From: an uncultured Piscirickettsiaceae bacterium | GTDB taxonomy: Bacteria > Pseudomonadota > Gammaproteobacteria > GCF-002020875 | Direction of reading: 5' to 3' | Assembly (NCBI GenBank): GCA_964416755.1 | Contig: CAYQFH010000001.1 | Coordinates: 1 to 44,232 of the forward strand | DNA: 44,232 nt | In this document: positions 26,220 through 34,891 of the stretch, in pieces | Numbering within the stretch: the first letter of the stretch is position 1 | Layout of the letters: the number at the start of each line of letters is the position of its first letter | The notes under the pieces: model-generated | The model's database searches: none | What the model was told of the DNA's origin: nothing | Seen by the model: only the letters and a program-made list of their open reading frames with translations | Position numbers and translations under genes: made by a program

Positions 26220-26297
26220 GCTTTAAATTAAGTAATGATTTCTGTTTGTCAGTAATAACTGAGGAGAAAATGTTTGTGCTCTAATAATTGTGATACA

Positions 26298-26324
26298 TTA
26301 TCGGCAACTCGGGGGGGAAATCCA
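26298..26324 (-). promoter_or_regulatory. Candidate sigma28 (FliA) promoter of pomAB
   Basis: Perfect GCCGATAA -10 on the minus strand (26305-26298). The -35 is weak (TGGA at 15-nt spacing). Confidence 0.55.
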
Positions 26325-26424
26325 ACCTTTCTTCAAAGTTTAAGTGTTGCTTTACTGTGTGCTTGTTCTTCCAGAGTTTGGGAGATATAGTTGGGGCAAA
26401 TCAGCGCATTTTTAAGGAGTCTAC

Positions 26425-26913
26425 ATGCAGACTACACAGGCAGTTGCGGGTCAGAGAAGGGGCGATCTGTATGGTACCAGTGTTCAAGACCAATACCTTG
26501 TTTTTACGTTAGGGGGAAAGCAGTATGGTGTTGATCTGATTAAGGTTCAGGAGATCAAGGAGTGGGAAGAGCCTACGCCAATGCCGGGTACACCAAGTGA
26601 AGTGCGGGGCGTGTTGAATCTGCGAGGAGTCGTTGTACCCATTGTCGATATGAGACTGCGCTTTGATATGCAGGACGCGGGCTTTACTCGTGAGACGGTG
26701 ATCATTGTGACCCTGATTCAGGGGCGAGCGGTAGGCTTGGTTGTAGACTCTGTATCAGACGTGATCTCGCTTTCTGAGGGGCAATTCAAGACTGCACCCG
26801 CCGTGGATGGGTTCGATGCGCACCACATGAAGGGGATTGCAGCACTTGAAGATGGTATGGTGATTTTGCTGAATGCGGATAACCTGCTCTCTGCAGAGGC
26901 GTTGGAGATATAG
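26425..26913 (+). CDS. cheW: Chemotaxis coupling protein CheW
   Basis: QYLVFTLG, VQEI, GVLNLRGVVVP and GLVVDSVSDV; AAGGAG SD. Confidence 0.96.
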   Translation: MQTTQAVAGQRRGDLYGTSVQDQYLVFTLGGKQYGVDLIKVQEIKEWEEPTPMPGTPSEVRGVLNLRGVVVPIVDMRLRFDMQDAGFTRETVIIVTLIQGRAVGLVVDSVSDVISLSEGQFKTAPAVDGFDAHHMKGIAALEDGMVILLNADNLLSAEALEI

Positions 26914-27005
26914 GCTTGGTGTATTGATAAAAGTTACATTTTATAGAACAATGAGATGTAACCGTTATGGATATTGTAGTTAACCTTGGAGTAAGAGATA
27001 GAGAG

Positions 27006-27368
27006 ATGGCAAAAATACTGATTGTTGATGATTCGGTCTCAATGAGACAGATGGTCACATTTACCCTGGAGGGTGTGGGTCATGAAGTAGATCAGGCTGA
27101 AGATGGTGTTCAGGCGCTGGAGATGGCCAAGGCTCAACAGTATGAGATGGTGCTTACTGATGTCAATATGCCAAACCTGGATGGAATCGAGATGACACGC
27201 CAGATGCGTCAGGTTGAAGGATATCAGTTTCTTCCCATTCTCACGTTGACTACAGAGGCGGCGGATGACAAGAAGATGGCTGGACGTGATGCAGGTGCGA
27301 CAGGCTGGATTGTGAAACCGTTCAGCCCGGACAAGCTGTTGGCGACTGTGAACAAGCTATTGGGGTAA
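27006..27368 (+). CDS. cheY: Chemotaxis response regulator CheY
   Basis: Single REC domain starting MAKILIVDDS, with TDVNMP, LTTE and GATGWIVKPF. Confidence 0.95.
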   Translation: MAKILIVDDSVSMRQMVTFTLEGVGHEVDQAEDGVQALEMAKAQQYEMVLTDVNMPNLDGIEMTRQMRQVEGYQFLPILTLTTEAADDKKMAGRDAGATGWIVKPFSPDKLLATVNKLLG

Positions 27369-27447
27369 ATGTCTGCCGAGGGGGAGTGCTAAATAGATGC
27401 GCAGTTGTAATTTCAAGTCCGAGAGGCTGGGTTTTAGGAGATCGTAA

Positions 27448-29520
27448 ATGGCGATTGATATGGAACAATTTCGACAGGTCTACCTGGAGGAGAGCTTTGA
27501 GGGGCTTGAGATTATGGAGTCTGGACTGCTGGAACTGGATCCAGGAAAGGCGGACTCGGAAGAGATCAATACCATCTTCAGAGCGGCCCACTCTATCAAG
27601 GGGGGAAGTGCCACATTTGGTTTTGAAGAGGTGACCGGGTTTACCCATATCATGGAGACCCTGCTGGATGAGATGCGCTCGGAGCAGCGCGATGTCACTC
27701 CGGAGAATGTGGATCTGTTACTGCGTTCAGTCGACTGCCTGCATGAGATGTTTGTGGCGTTGAAAGATGGGGAGCCTATCAACGAGTCTCGTGTCGAGGT
27801 GATGCAGCAAGAGTTGGAGCAGATGTTGGGCGGGGAAGGCACTACTGCGGTTCCAGCGACATCCAGTGGCGAGGTTACAGCATCGTCTGAGGGGTGGGCG
27901 ATCACTTTTATCCCGTTTGCAGGAATGCTGAGAACCGGTAATGAACCCTTGCGTATCTTGCGTGCGCTGCGTGAGTTGGGTGAGGTCGAGGTTCAGGTGG
28001 AGCGAGATGCAGTTTCAACATTGAATGATCTGCAGCCGGAAGATTGTGTGCTGGGTTGGAAATTGATGCTTAAGGGGGCAGCAACTCAGGAAGAGGTTGC
28101 TGAGGTTTTTGAATGGGTCGAGGACGACTGTGATTTGACCATTGCACCGTTGGCGACAGCAGCTCCAGTGGAAGCGGCAGCAGAGCCTCGACAAAGTAGT
28201 GCAGATAGTCCTTCCGCAGCGGCTCCAAAGGTGGAGCGTTCTGTCGGTACAGTGGAGCGCAAGAAGAGTGGTGGAAGCAAACAACAGAGCTCCTCTATCC
28301 GCGTTGCCATTGAGAAGGTGGACGCACTGGTCGACATGATTGGTGAGTTGGTCATTACGCAGTCCATGCTGAGTCAGATCGGTGAGAATTTCTCGGTAGA
28401 CATGATTGAGCGGATGCGTGAAGGTTTGACACAACTGGAGCGTAATACCCGTGAACTGCAAGAGAGTGTAATGCAGATTCGCATGCTGCCGATCAGTTTT
28501 GCCTTCAACCGCTTTCCGCGTGTGGTACATGATTTGAGTGCAACGCTGGGCAAGAAGGTTGAGCTGGTGGTGAGTGGTGAAGGTACAGAGCTGGACAAAA
28601 CGGTGCTGGAGCAGATTGGGGATCCTCTGGTGCATCTGGTCCGCAACTCGATTGATCACGGTATCGAATTACCCGAAGAGCGTATTGCCAATGGCAAACC
28701 AGAGGTGGGTACTGTCAATCTGAATGCCTACCATCAAGGTGGAAATATTGTCATTGAGGTGGCAGATGATGGTGCGGGCCTGAACAAGAAAGCGATCATG
28801 AACAAGGCAGTCCAGCAGGGGTTGATTGAAGAGGGTGAAGAGCTACCCGATTCAGAAGTCTTTGATCTGCTGTTCCGCCCCGGTTTCTCTACCGCAAAAG
28901 AGATTACCGACGTCTCCGGGCGTGGAGTGGGAATGGACGTGGTGCGGAGAAATGTGCGTACCTTGGGGGGTAATGTCGAGGTTACCTCTGAACCGGGGAT
29001 GGGTTCCACCTTTACCGTTCGTCTGCCATTGACGTTGGCTATTCTGGATGGCCAGTTGCTGCGTATTGGTAATGAGATCTTTATTATTCCACTGGTATCC
29101 ATTATTGAATCCATTCAGGTCAACATGGAGCATGTCAACTCCATTGCACATCAGGCTGAGGTCTATCAGTTGCGTGAAGAGTACTTGCCGATCATTCGAC
29201 TGCATGATCGACTGCAGCTGGATGAGGGGAACAAGGACCTGGAGAATGGTCTGCTGGTTGTTGTGGAGGCAGACGGCAAGCGTGCTGCGCTGATGGTGGA
29301 TGACCTGTTGGGGCAGCAGCAGGTGGTGATCAAGAGCTTGGAGACCAACTTCCACAAGATGATGGGGCTCTCTGGTGCAACCATTCTGGGCGACGGTACT
29401 GTTGCATTGATTCTCGATGTTGCAGAGTTGATGAATGACAGTGTTGTCTCTACTGCAGCACAGAGTCTTGGACAAGACTCTTCGTCAAAAGGTGCGCATG
29501 ACGCTCCAGTGATTCACTGA
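27448..29520 (+). CDS. cheA: Chemotaxis histidine kinase CheA
   Basis: HPt (FRAAHSIKG), dimerisation domain (IRV…GELVI), HATPase (RNSIDHG, DDGAG, GFST, SGRGVGMD) and a C-terminal CheW domain. Confidence 0.97.
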   Translation: MAIDMEQFRQVYLEESFEGLEIMESGLLELDPGKADSEEINTIFRAAHSIKGGSATFGFEEVTGFTHIMETLLDEMRSEQRDVTPENVDLLLRSVDCLHEMFVALKDGEPINESRVEVMQQELEQMLGGEGTTAVPATSSGEVTASSEGWAITFIPFAGMLRTGNEPLRILRALRELGEVEVQVERDAVSTLNDLQPEDCVLGWKLMLKGAATQEEVAEVFEWVEDDCDLTIAPLATAAPVEAAAEPRQSSADSPSAAAPKVERSVGTVERKKSGGSKQQSSSIRVAIEKVDALVDMIGELVITQSMLSQIGENFSVDMIERMREGLTQLERNTRELQESVMQIRMLPISFAFNRFPRVVHDLSATLGKKVELVVSGEGTELDKTVLEQIGDPLVHLVRNSIDHGIELPEERIANGKPEVGTVNLNAYHQGGNIVIEVADDGAGLNKKAIMNKAVQQGLIEEGEELPDSEVFDLLFRPGFSTAKEITDVSGRGVGMDVVRRNVRTLGGNVEVTSEPGMGSTFTVRLPLTLAILDGQLLRIGNEIFIIPLVSIIESIQVNMEHVNSIAHQAEVYQLREEYLPIIRLHDRLQLDEGNKDLENGLLVVVEADGKRAALMVDDLLGQQQVVIKSLETNFHKMMGLSGATILGDGTVALILDVAELMNDSVVSTAAQSLGQDSSSKGAHDAPVIH

Positions 29521-30278
29521 TGCGAAAAATTGCGGTGGTTAACCAGAAGGGTGGTGTTGGAAAGACCACCCTGACAAGCAATCTCGCCTTTGCTCTTGCC
29601 AAGAAAGGGAAACGGGTTTTGCTGATCGACATGGATCCGCAATCCCATCTGGCTGCAAGTCTCGGTGTGGTCGAGCGTGGGCTCTCCGGGATGGATCGAG
29701 TGTTGATGCATCAGGAGCAGCTGGAGCAGCATGCGATTCTGGTCAGAGATCATCTGAACCTTATCCCGGCCGGTAGTCAGCTGGGGTTGCTGGAGGGACA
29801 GAATGGTGATCAGGTTTGGTCAGGAAAATTACTGAAAGAGGCGCTTGAGCGCTCCCGTATAGAGAGTGACTTTCTGTTGATTGATGCGCCTCCATCATCC
29901 GGCGCTCTGGTTGTTAATATCCTCTATGCAGTGGATGAGGTGGTGATTCCGGTGACTGGAGACTACCTTGGTTTGCAGGGGCTCTCCTATTTGATCGGTA
30001 CACTGAAAAAGTTTGAGCAGTCACTAGGACATACCTTGAAGCGACATTTGGTGATGTCCCGTTTCAATAAGCGGCGCCGGTTGGCTCGAGAAGTGAGAGA
30101 CAAGATTCAGGGATATTTCCCCGGTGAATTGTTGAAAACACCAGTGCGGGAGTGTGATGCCTTGGCAGAGGCTCCTGGATTTGGTAAAAGTGTCATTGAG
30201 TATCGCTGGCATGCGCCGGGGTCCAGGGATTTCAAATCTCTGGCAACAGACTTGCTTCAGGGGCGAACCTACTCATAA
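29520..30278 (+). CDS. ParA/MinD-family ATPase
   Basis: Deviant Walker A NQKGGVGKTT, DMDPQ, IDAPP and LAEAPGFGK. Overlaps the cheA stop (TGATG). Confidence 0.93.
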   Translation: MRKIAVVNQKGGVGKTTLTSNLAFALAKKGKRVLLIDMDPQSHLAASLGVVERGLSGMDRVLMHQEQLEQHAILVRDHLNLIPAGSQLGLLEGQNGDQVWSGKLLKEALERSRIESDFLLIDAPPSSGALVVNILYAVDEVVIPVTGDYLGLQGLSYLIGTLKKFEQSLGHTLKRHLVMSRFNKRRRLAREVRDKIQGYFPGELLKTPVRECDALAEAPGFGKSVIEYRWHAPGSRDFKSLATDLLQGRTYS

Positions 30279-30311
30279 GAGTAGGCAATCAAGGGAAAAC
30301 AGGAGATCGAG

Positions 30312-30839
30312 ATGGGCAGTAATGAGATGATCGGACATGATCCTTTGGCGTGGATCAAGGAGGAGCCTGTCGAGGCCGGGCAGCCAGTTGAGGTGCAGCA
30401 GGAGACAGTCACTGCCGCGCCTGCTGAAGTGGTTAAGCCAACGCCGGTGCAAACGGAGGAAGTTGTGGCAGAGTCATCGACAGCTGATGAAATTCAAGAG
30501 TCTGTTGCAGTGGCACCTGAGGTTGCAGAAGAGGCTTCCGTAGTAGAAGCAGTATCTCTGGCAGATCAGGGAGTGATTGATCTGGGGGAGCAGTTGGTGA
30601 TCTCCAATGTTGGGAAGGTACGTGCAGAGTGGATGGATCGGATTGTGGCTGGTGTTGAGTCTCCTATCGTGATCGAGGGAGGTGGACTGCAGATGGTTGA
30701 CACAGCAGGTCTGCAGTTGGTCATTGCCTTGATTCGGGAGTTGAATGAGGATGGGGTCTCCTGGCAGTGGGGGGGGCGTTCCGATCTTCTGCAGAGTAGC
30801 GCAGAGCAGTTGGGCATCTCAGGGATGATGTCGCTGTGA
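30312..30839 (+). CDS. STAS-domain protein with N-terminal DPLAW peptide and acidic linker
   Basis: C-terminal VDTAGLQL STAS motif. Residues ~16-85 are E/V/A/P-rich low complexity. Confidence 0.8.
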   Translation: MGSNEMIGHDPLAWIKEEPVEAGQPVEVQQETVTAAPAEVVKPTPVQTEEVVAESSTADEIQESVAVAPEVAEEASVVEAVSLADQGVIDLGEQLVISNVGKVRAEWMDRIVAGVESPIVIEGGGLQMVDTAGLQLVIALIRELNEDGVSWQWGGRSDLLQSSAEQLGISGMMSL

Positions 30840-30875
30840 ATTGGCATTACGGTTGAATATTGGAGAGCTGTAAAA

Positions 30876-31460
30876 ATGGATCAACAGAACAGTGATGATG
30901 TAACGCACTCCCTGGGTTGGAAGGAGTTGCAGGACACTGTGCTGACCTTGAATCTGGCCGTTGCGCAGATTCAGATGTCGATGAAGGATGGGGATCACTC
31001 GGTATCCACGTTGATCGACTCGTTTACCACTCTCTCGGGATGTGTACAGGTGATCGATAGTGCAAGCTCGGAAATTCCGGATCAGCCGACACCTGAGACA
31101 GACTGCAGGGCGATCCGGGAGACGGTACAGACCAATGTGGATCTTGTTGCGGAGAAGGTTGGTGCCGCGATTGTCGCCTTTCAATTCTATGATAAGCTGA
31201 CACAACGTCTGTCTCATGTGAGCAATAGCTTGTCGGCGCTCTCTCAATTGGTTGCCGATGAGGAGCATGTCGACTCTCACGATGATTGGCATAACCTCAG
31301 AGAGCAGATACGTCGAATCTATAGTATGGTAGATGAGGCGAGCATGTATGAGGCGATCATGCAGGGTGAGGACCTTGAGACTGCTCTGAAGATGGCTACA
31401 CAGCAGCAGGAACGGCCTGCCGATGAGAATGACAACTCCGGAGAGGTCGATCTTTTCTGA
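30876..31460 (+). CDS. CheZ-like helical protein
   Basis: IVAFQFYDKLTQRL contains a DxxxQ motif. Acidic linker and terminal GEVDLF. Confidence 0.6.
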   Translation: MDQQNSDDVTHSLGWKELQDTVLTLNLAVAQIQMSMKDGDHSVSTLIDSFTTLSGCVQVIDSASSEIPDQPTPETDCRAIRETVQTNVDLVAEKVGAAIVAFQFYDKLTQRLSHVSNSLSALSQLVADEEHVDSHDDWHNLREQIRRIYSMVDEASMYEAIMQGEDLETALKMATQQQERPADENDNSGEVDLF

Positions 31461-31577
31461 CAAAAAGGATATATTTCGAATAATTGTTAGCTGCTTTGCC
31501 TTGCCAAGAAAGGGGTTTTGAAGATAAGGTAGGGGTAGTTTGAAGTTGAGAAATAATAATAAGAGGAAAGGGGGAAA

Positions 31578-33845
31578 ATGATGGGGGCTTTTTTTAGAGA
31601 TCTGTCGATAGCCAAACGAATTGCGGTGTCGTTTGGTCTTATTCTTGTGTTGGCAGGATCAGGCGGTGGATTGGTTTTGCTCAACATGAATAAATTGAGT
31701 GACCAGTTGACTCAGATTGTTACCAACTATAATGTCAAGATTCAGTTGGCCAGTGATATCCGGGATGAGGGACGTCAGCGTGCAGAGTCAATCCGCAACA
31801 TGTTGCTGACAGAGGATGAAGATAAGCTGGAACAGTACAAGGCGGATTTTGATGGTTCTGTAAAACGTTATACTGCATTGATCCTGGAGCTTGATGAGTT
31901 GATCAATGATGACGATGAGCGTTCAATGATGGATCTTGTGCGCAAGAGTTCGGCAGCCACCTTCCCGGTGATGAATGTGATGATGCAGAACATTATGGAT
32001 GGCTTTGGCGAAGACTCGATTGAGGTGCTGCAGAGTGAGGGCGCAGCGTTACAGACGGAATTGCTTACTGCATTGGATGACTTCGTGACGCTGGAAAAGC
32101 AGAGGATCAACCAAGCCAGCGCAGAAGCAGAGAAGGTGGCCCGTGATGGGCTGATTGTCGTGATTACCGCCAGTGTGGCAATTTTTGTATTTATTCTGAT
32201 TGTCTGGTTCCTGCTCTCCCGTTCGATGAGCCGTCCACTACAAGGTATTGTGACCTTGATGAGCCGTCTGCGCGAAACTGGAGACTTTTCTGTACGCTGC
32301 AGGGATTACGGCAAGAGCGAGCTGGGGCTGATGGCTTCCGGTTTCAATCAGCTGATGGATTCACTGCAAACCAACATTGATGCCATTCGCCAGGGAATGC
32401 GTGAAGTGGCTTCTGGCAAGTTGAGCGCGCAGGTGACTTCGGATGCCAAGGGTGATTTGGCAGAGTTGAGAGACAGTATCAATGAGACGGTCAACGAGCT
32501 GAACAACATGGTCAATGAAGTGCGTGAGGTGATGCAGAACGTCGCACTGGGTAACTTTGACCGTACTGTGGATAGTGGTGCACGGGGAGATCTGGCTGAC
32601 CTCGGGGATAACGTGAATGAGAGCATCAGTAGTCTCAATAGCGCAATCAGCAGCATTGACAGTGTGATGAGTTCGGTTGCGATGGGTGACTTCTCTGCAC
32701 GTGTTGAGGTGGCGCTCTCAGGTGATCTGGCCGGTTTGAGGAAGCATCTGAATGCTTCGCTGGATGCGTTGAGTGGTGCTCTGACTGGCTCGGTTGAGGT
32801 GGCGGTTGCACAATCCGAGGGTGATCTGACCTCCCGGGTTGGGGGTGATCATGCAGGGCAGTTGGGCGTGTTGAAAGATGCGATCAATGCATCGCAGGAG
32901 AAGGTGGCAGGCGCTGTAGGAGAGATTGCCAGATCTGCAGTCACTGTGGCGGGTGCCAGTGAGCAGATCTACCGAACCAGTACTGATTTGAGTCAGAGAA
33001 CGCAGGAGCAGGCGGCCTCGATTGAGGAGACTGCAGCCAGCATGGAGGAGATGACTGCATCGGTCAAACAGAACTCTGATAATGCAGGACAGGCCGATCA
33101 GCTGGCAATCAGCGCAAGAGATCTGGCAGAAGAGGGTGGAGTGGTGATGGAGCGTGCGACCAATGCCATGAATGCCATCTCTGAATCGAGCCAGAAGATC
33201 TCTGACATTATCGATGTGATCGACGGTATCGCTTTCCAGACCAATCTGCTGGCACTGAACGCTGCGGTTGAGGCGGCGCGTGCAGGCGAACAGGGACGCG
33301 GTTTTGCGGTGGTCGCCGGTGAGGTACGTACGTTGGCACAGCGCAGTGCGGAGGCAGCGAAAGAGATCTCCAGCCTGATTGCCGATAGTGTCGACAAGGT
33401 CAATGAAGGTGCGGGTCTGGTGGATGAAGCGGGTCACTCGCTGGGCGAGATTGTGCACAGTATCAAGAAGGTGAGTGATATTGTGGCAGAGATTGCGGCA
33501 GCCAGTGCCGAGCAGACAGCGGGTATTGATCAGGTGAACAATGCAATTACACAGATGGAGGCGTTGACACAGGATAACGTTGAATTGGTTGAGAAGACCG
33601 CAGCAGCGAGTGAGACCATGAGCCAGCAAGCAGATGGTATGCGTGGGCTGGTCTCCTTCTTCAAGGTGGATGGTGTTGACCTCTCCGCTTCCAGCAGCTA
33701 TGAGTATAGTGAAGAGGAGGATCAGCTCGAGACTGAGGAGTATGAAGAGGTTGAGTCGACTCCTGTTGAACCACCTCCGCTTCCAAAAGCGGCTACCACC
33801 TCTACATCAACCTCACACCCTGATGCGGAGTGGGCAGAGTTCTAG
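31578..33845 (+). CDS. Methyl-accepting chemotaxis protein (4HB-like sensor, five HAMP-like repeats, C-terminal pentapeptide)
   Basis: Two TM helices, signalling tip [30 protein letters not shown], and a C-terminus ending EWAEF. Confidence 0.97.
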   Translation: MMGAFFRDLSIAKRIAVSFGLILVLAGSGGGLVLLNMNKLSDQLTQIVTNYNVKIQLASDIRDEGRQRAESIRNMLLTEDEDKLEQYKADFDGSVKRYTALILELDELINDDDERSMMDLVRKSSAATFPVMNVMMQNIMDGFGEDSIEVLQSEGAALQTELLTALDDFVTLEKQRINQASAEAEKVARDGLIVVITASVAIFVFILIVWFLLSRSMSRPLQGIVTLMSRLRETGDFSVRCRDYGKSELGLMASGFNQLMDSLQTNIDAIRQGMREVASGKLSAQVTSDAKGDLAELRDSINETVNELNNMVNEVREVMQNVALGNFDRTVDSGARGDLADLGDNVNESISSLNSAISSIDSVMSSVAMGDFSARVEVALSGDLAGLRKHLNASLDALSGALTGSVEVAVAQSEGDLTSRVGGDHAGQLGVLKDAINASQEKVAGAVGEIARSAVTVAGASEQIYRTSTDLSQRTQEQAASIEETAASMEEMTASVKQNSDNAGQADQLAISARDLAEEGGVVMERATNAMNAISESSQKISDIIDVIDGIAFQTNLLALNAAVEAARAGEQGRGFAVVAGEVRTLAQRSAEAAKEISSLIADSVDKVNEGAGLVDEAGHSLGEIVHSIKKVSDIVAEIAAASAEQTAGIDQVNNAITQMEALTQDNVELVEKTAAASETMSQQADGMRGLVSFFKVDGVDLSASSSYEYSEEEDQLETEEYEEVESTPVEPPPLPKAATTSTSTSHPDAEWAEF

Positions 33846-33868
33846 CCTGTTTTTTGTTCTGGATACGG

Positions 33869-33897
33869 TAGGGCGCCTGAGTGCGCCCTATTTTTTT
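33869..33897 (+). terminator. Rho-independent terminator after the MCP
   Basis: TAGGGCGC-ctgagt-GCGCCCTA followed by T7. Confidence 0.9.
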
Positions 33898-34003
33898 GTA
33901 CGATAGTTGGGTTTAACTTCGGTTAATATCAATCCCCTATAGACAATGGTAGTATCTGGAGTCCTGATAGAGTAAACCTGAGACAGATAAACATAGAAAA
34001 TCC

Positions 34004-34891
34004 ATGAATATCATTGTCGGATTTCTTGTTGTGACTGGAAGTGTGATTGGCGGATATCTGCTATCACATGGTTATCTGTTGGCGTTGTGGCAGCCTTATG
34101 AGTTGCTGATCATATTAGGGGCTGCTACCGGCGGTTTGATCATTGCCAATCCGCCCCATATTCTATCGCAAGTGCGCAAGGGGCTGCCTCAGCTGTTGAG
34201 GAAGAGTCGCTATGACAAGGCACTCTATCTGGAACTGCTGGGGGTCATCTATGAACTGTTCATGCGCTCCAGAAAAAATGGCATGCTCAGTTTGGAGAGT
34301 CATGTTGAAAATCCGAAAGAGAGCTTCATTTTTCTGCAGTACCCCCGTTTGACCAAACATCACCCGGAAGCGATTGAATTTTTGATCGATTACCTGCGCT
34401 TGATTGTTGGTGGCAATATGAACAGTTACGAGCTGGATAATTTGATGGATATTGAGCTTGCTACTCATGAACATGAGTCGGCACAGCCTGCCGGAGCACT
34501 CAACTCCATGGCGGATGGTTTACCAGGGTTCGGAATTGTGGCAGCAGTGATGGGAATTGTGATTACGATGGGGTCGCTGGGTGGCCCGGTTGAAGAGACC
34601 GGACAACATCTTGCTGCGGCATTGGTGGGAACCTTTCTGGGGATTTTGCTCTCCTATGGGTTTGTGGGGCCTCTGGCGCGTGCGCTGCAGTACGTTGCGG
34701 AGGATCAGGCCATGATGCTCAGCTGCATCAAGACAGCATTGGTAGCCAGCCTCAATGGTTATGCACCAGTGGTGGCAATCGAGTTTGGGCGCAAGGCGAT
34801 TCCTTCCCACCTGCGTCCCGGTTTTTATGAGCTGGAAGACCATATCCATCAGTTGGGTCTGCATGAGGGTGCAAAGGCGGTTGATGCATGA
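34004..34891 (+). CDS. motA: Flagellar stator MotA (E. coli-like long form)
   Basis: ALWQPYELLII.GAA, R..G.L.LE, DYLRL, LPGFGIVAAVMG, ALVGTFLGIL and EFGRK. Confidence 0.95.
   Translation: MNIIVGFLVVTGSVIGGYLLSHGYLLALWQPYELLIILGAATGGLIIANPPHILSQVRKGLPQLLRKSRYDKALYLELLGVIYELFMRSRKNGMLSLESHVENPKESFIFLQYPRLTKHHPEAIEFLIDYLRLIVGGNMNSYELDNLMDIELATHEHESAQPAGALNSMADGLPGFGIVAAVMGIVITMGSLGGPVEETGQHLAAALVGTFLGILLSYGFVGPLARALQYVAEDQAMMLSCIKTALVASLNGYAPVVAIEFGRKAIPSHLRPGFYELEDHIHQLGLHEGAKAVDA

Noticed and set aside
26311-26317. G7 in the sigma28 promoter spacer as a phase-variable tract
   Set aside because: G7-G8 runs are common across the window, and it is short for efficient slippage.
26390-26424. GGCAAA upstream of cheW as a possible c-di-GMP-I riboswitch
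   Set aside because: No GNRA-capped P2 or P3 stem, and too close to the start codon.
26924-26962. TTGAT half-site and GTTACAT/ATGTAAC dyad between cheW and cheY
   Set aside because: The second FNR half-site is missing, and a 7-bp dyad with a 16-nt spacer in AT-rich DNA could be chance.
27386-27634. 82-aa ORF overlapping the cheA start
   Set aside because: Out-of-frame overlap with the CheA HPt domain and no supporting features.
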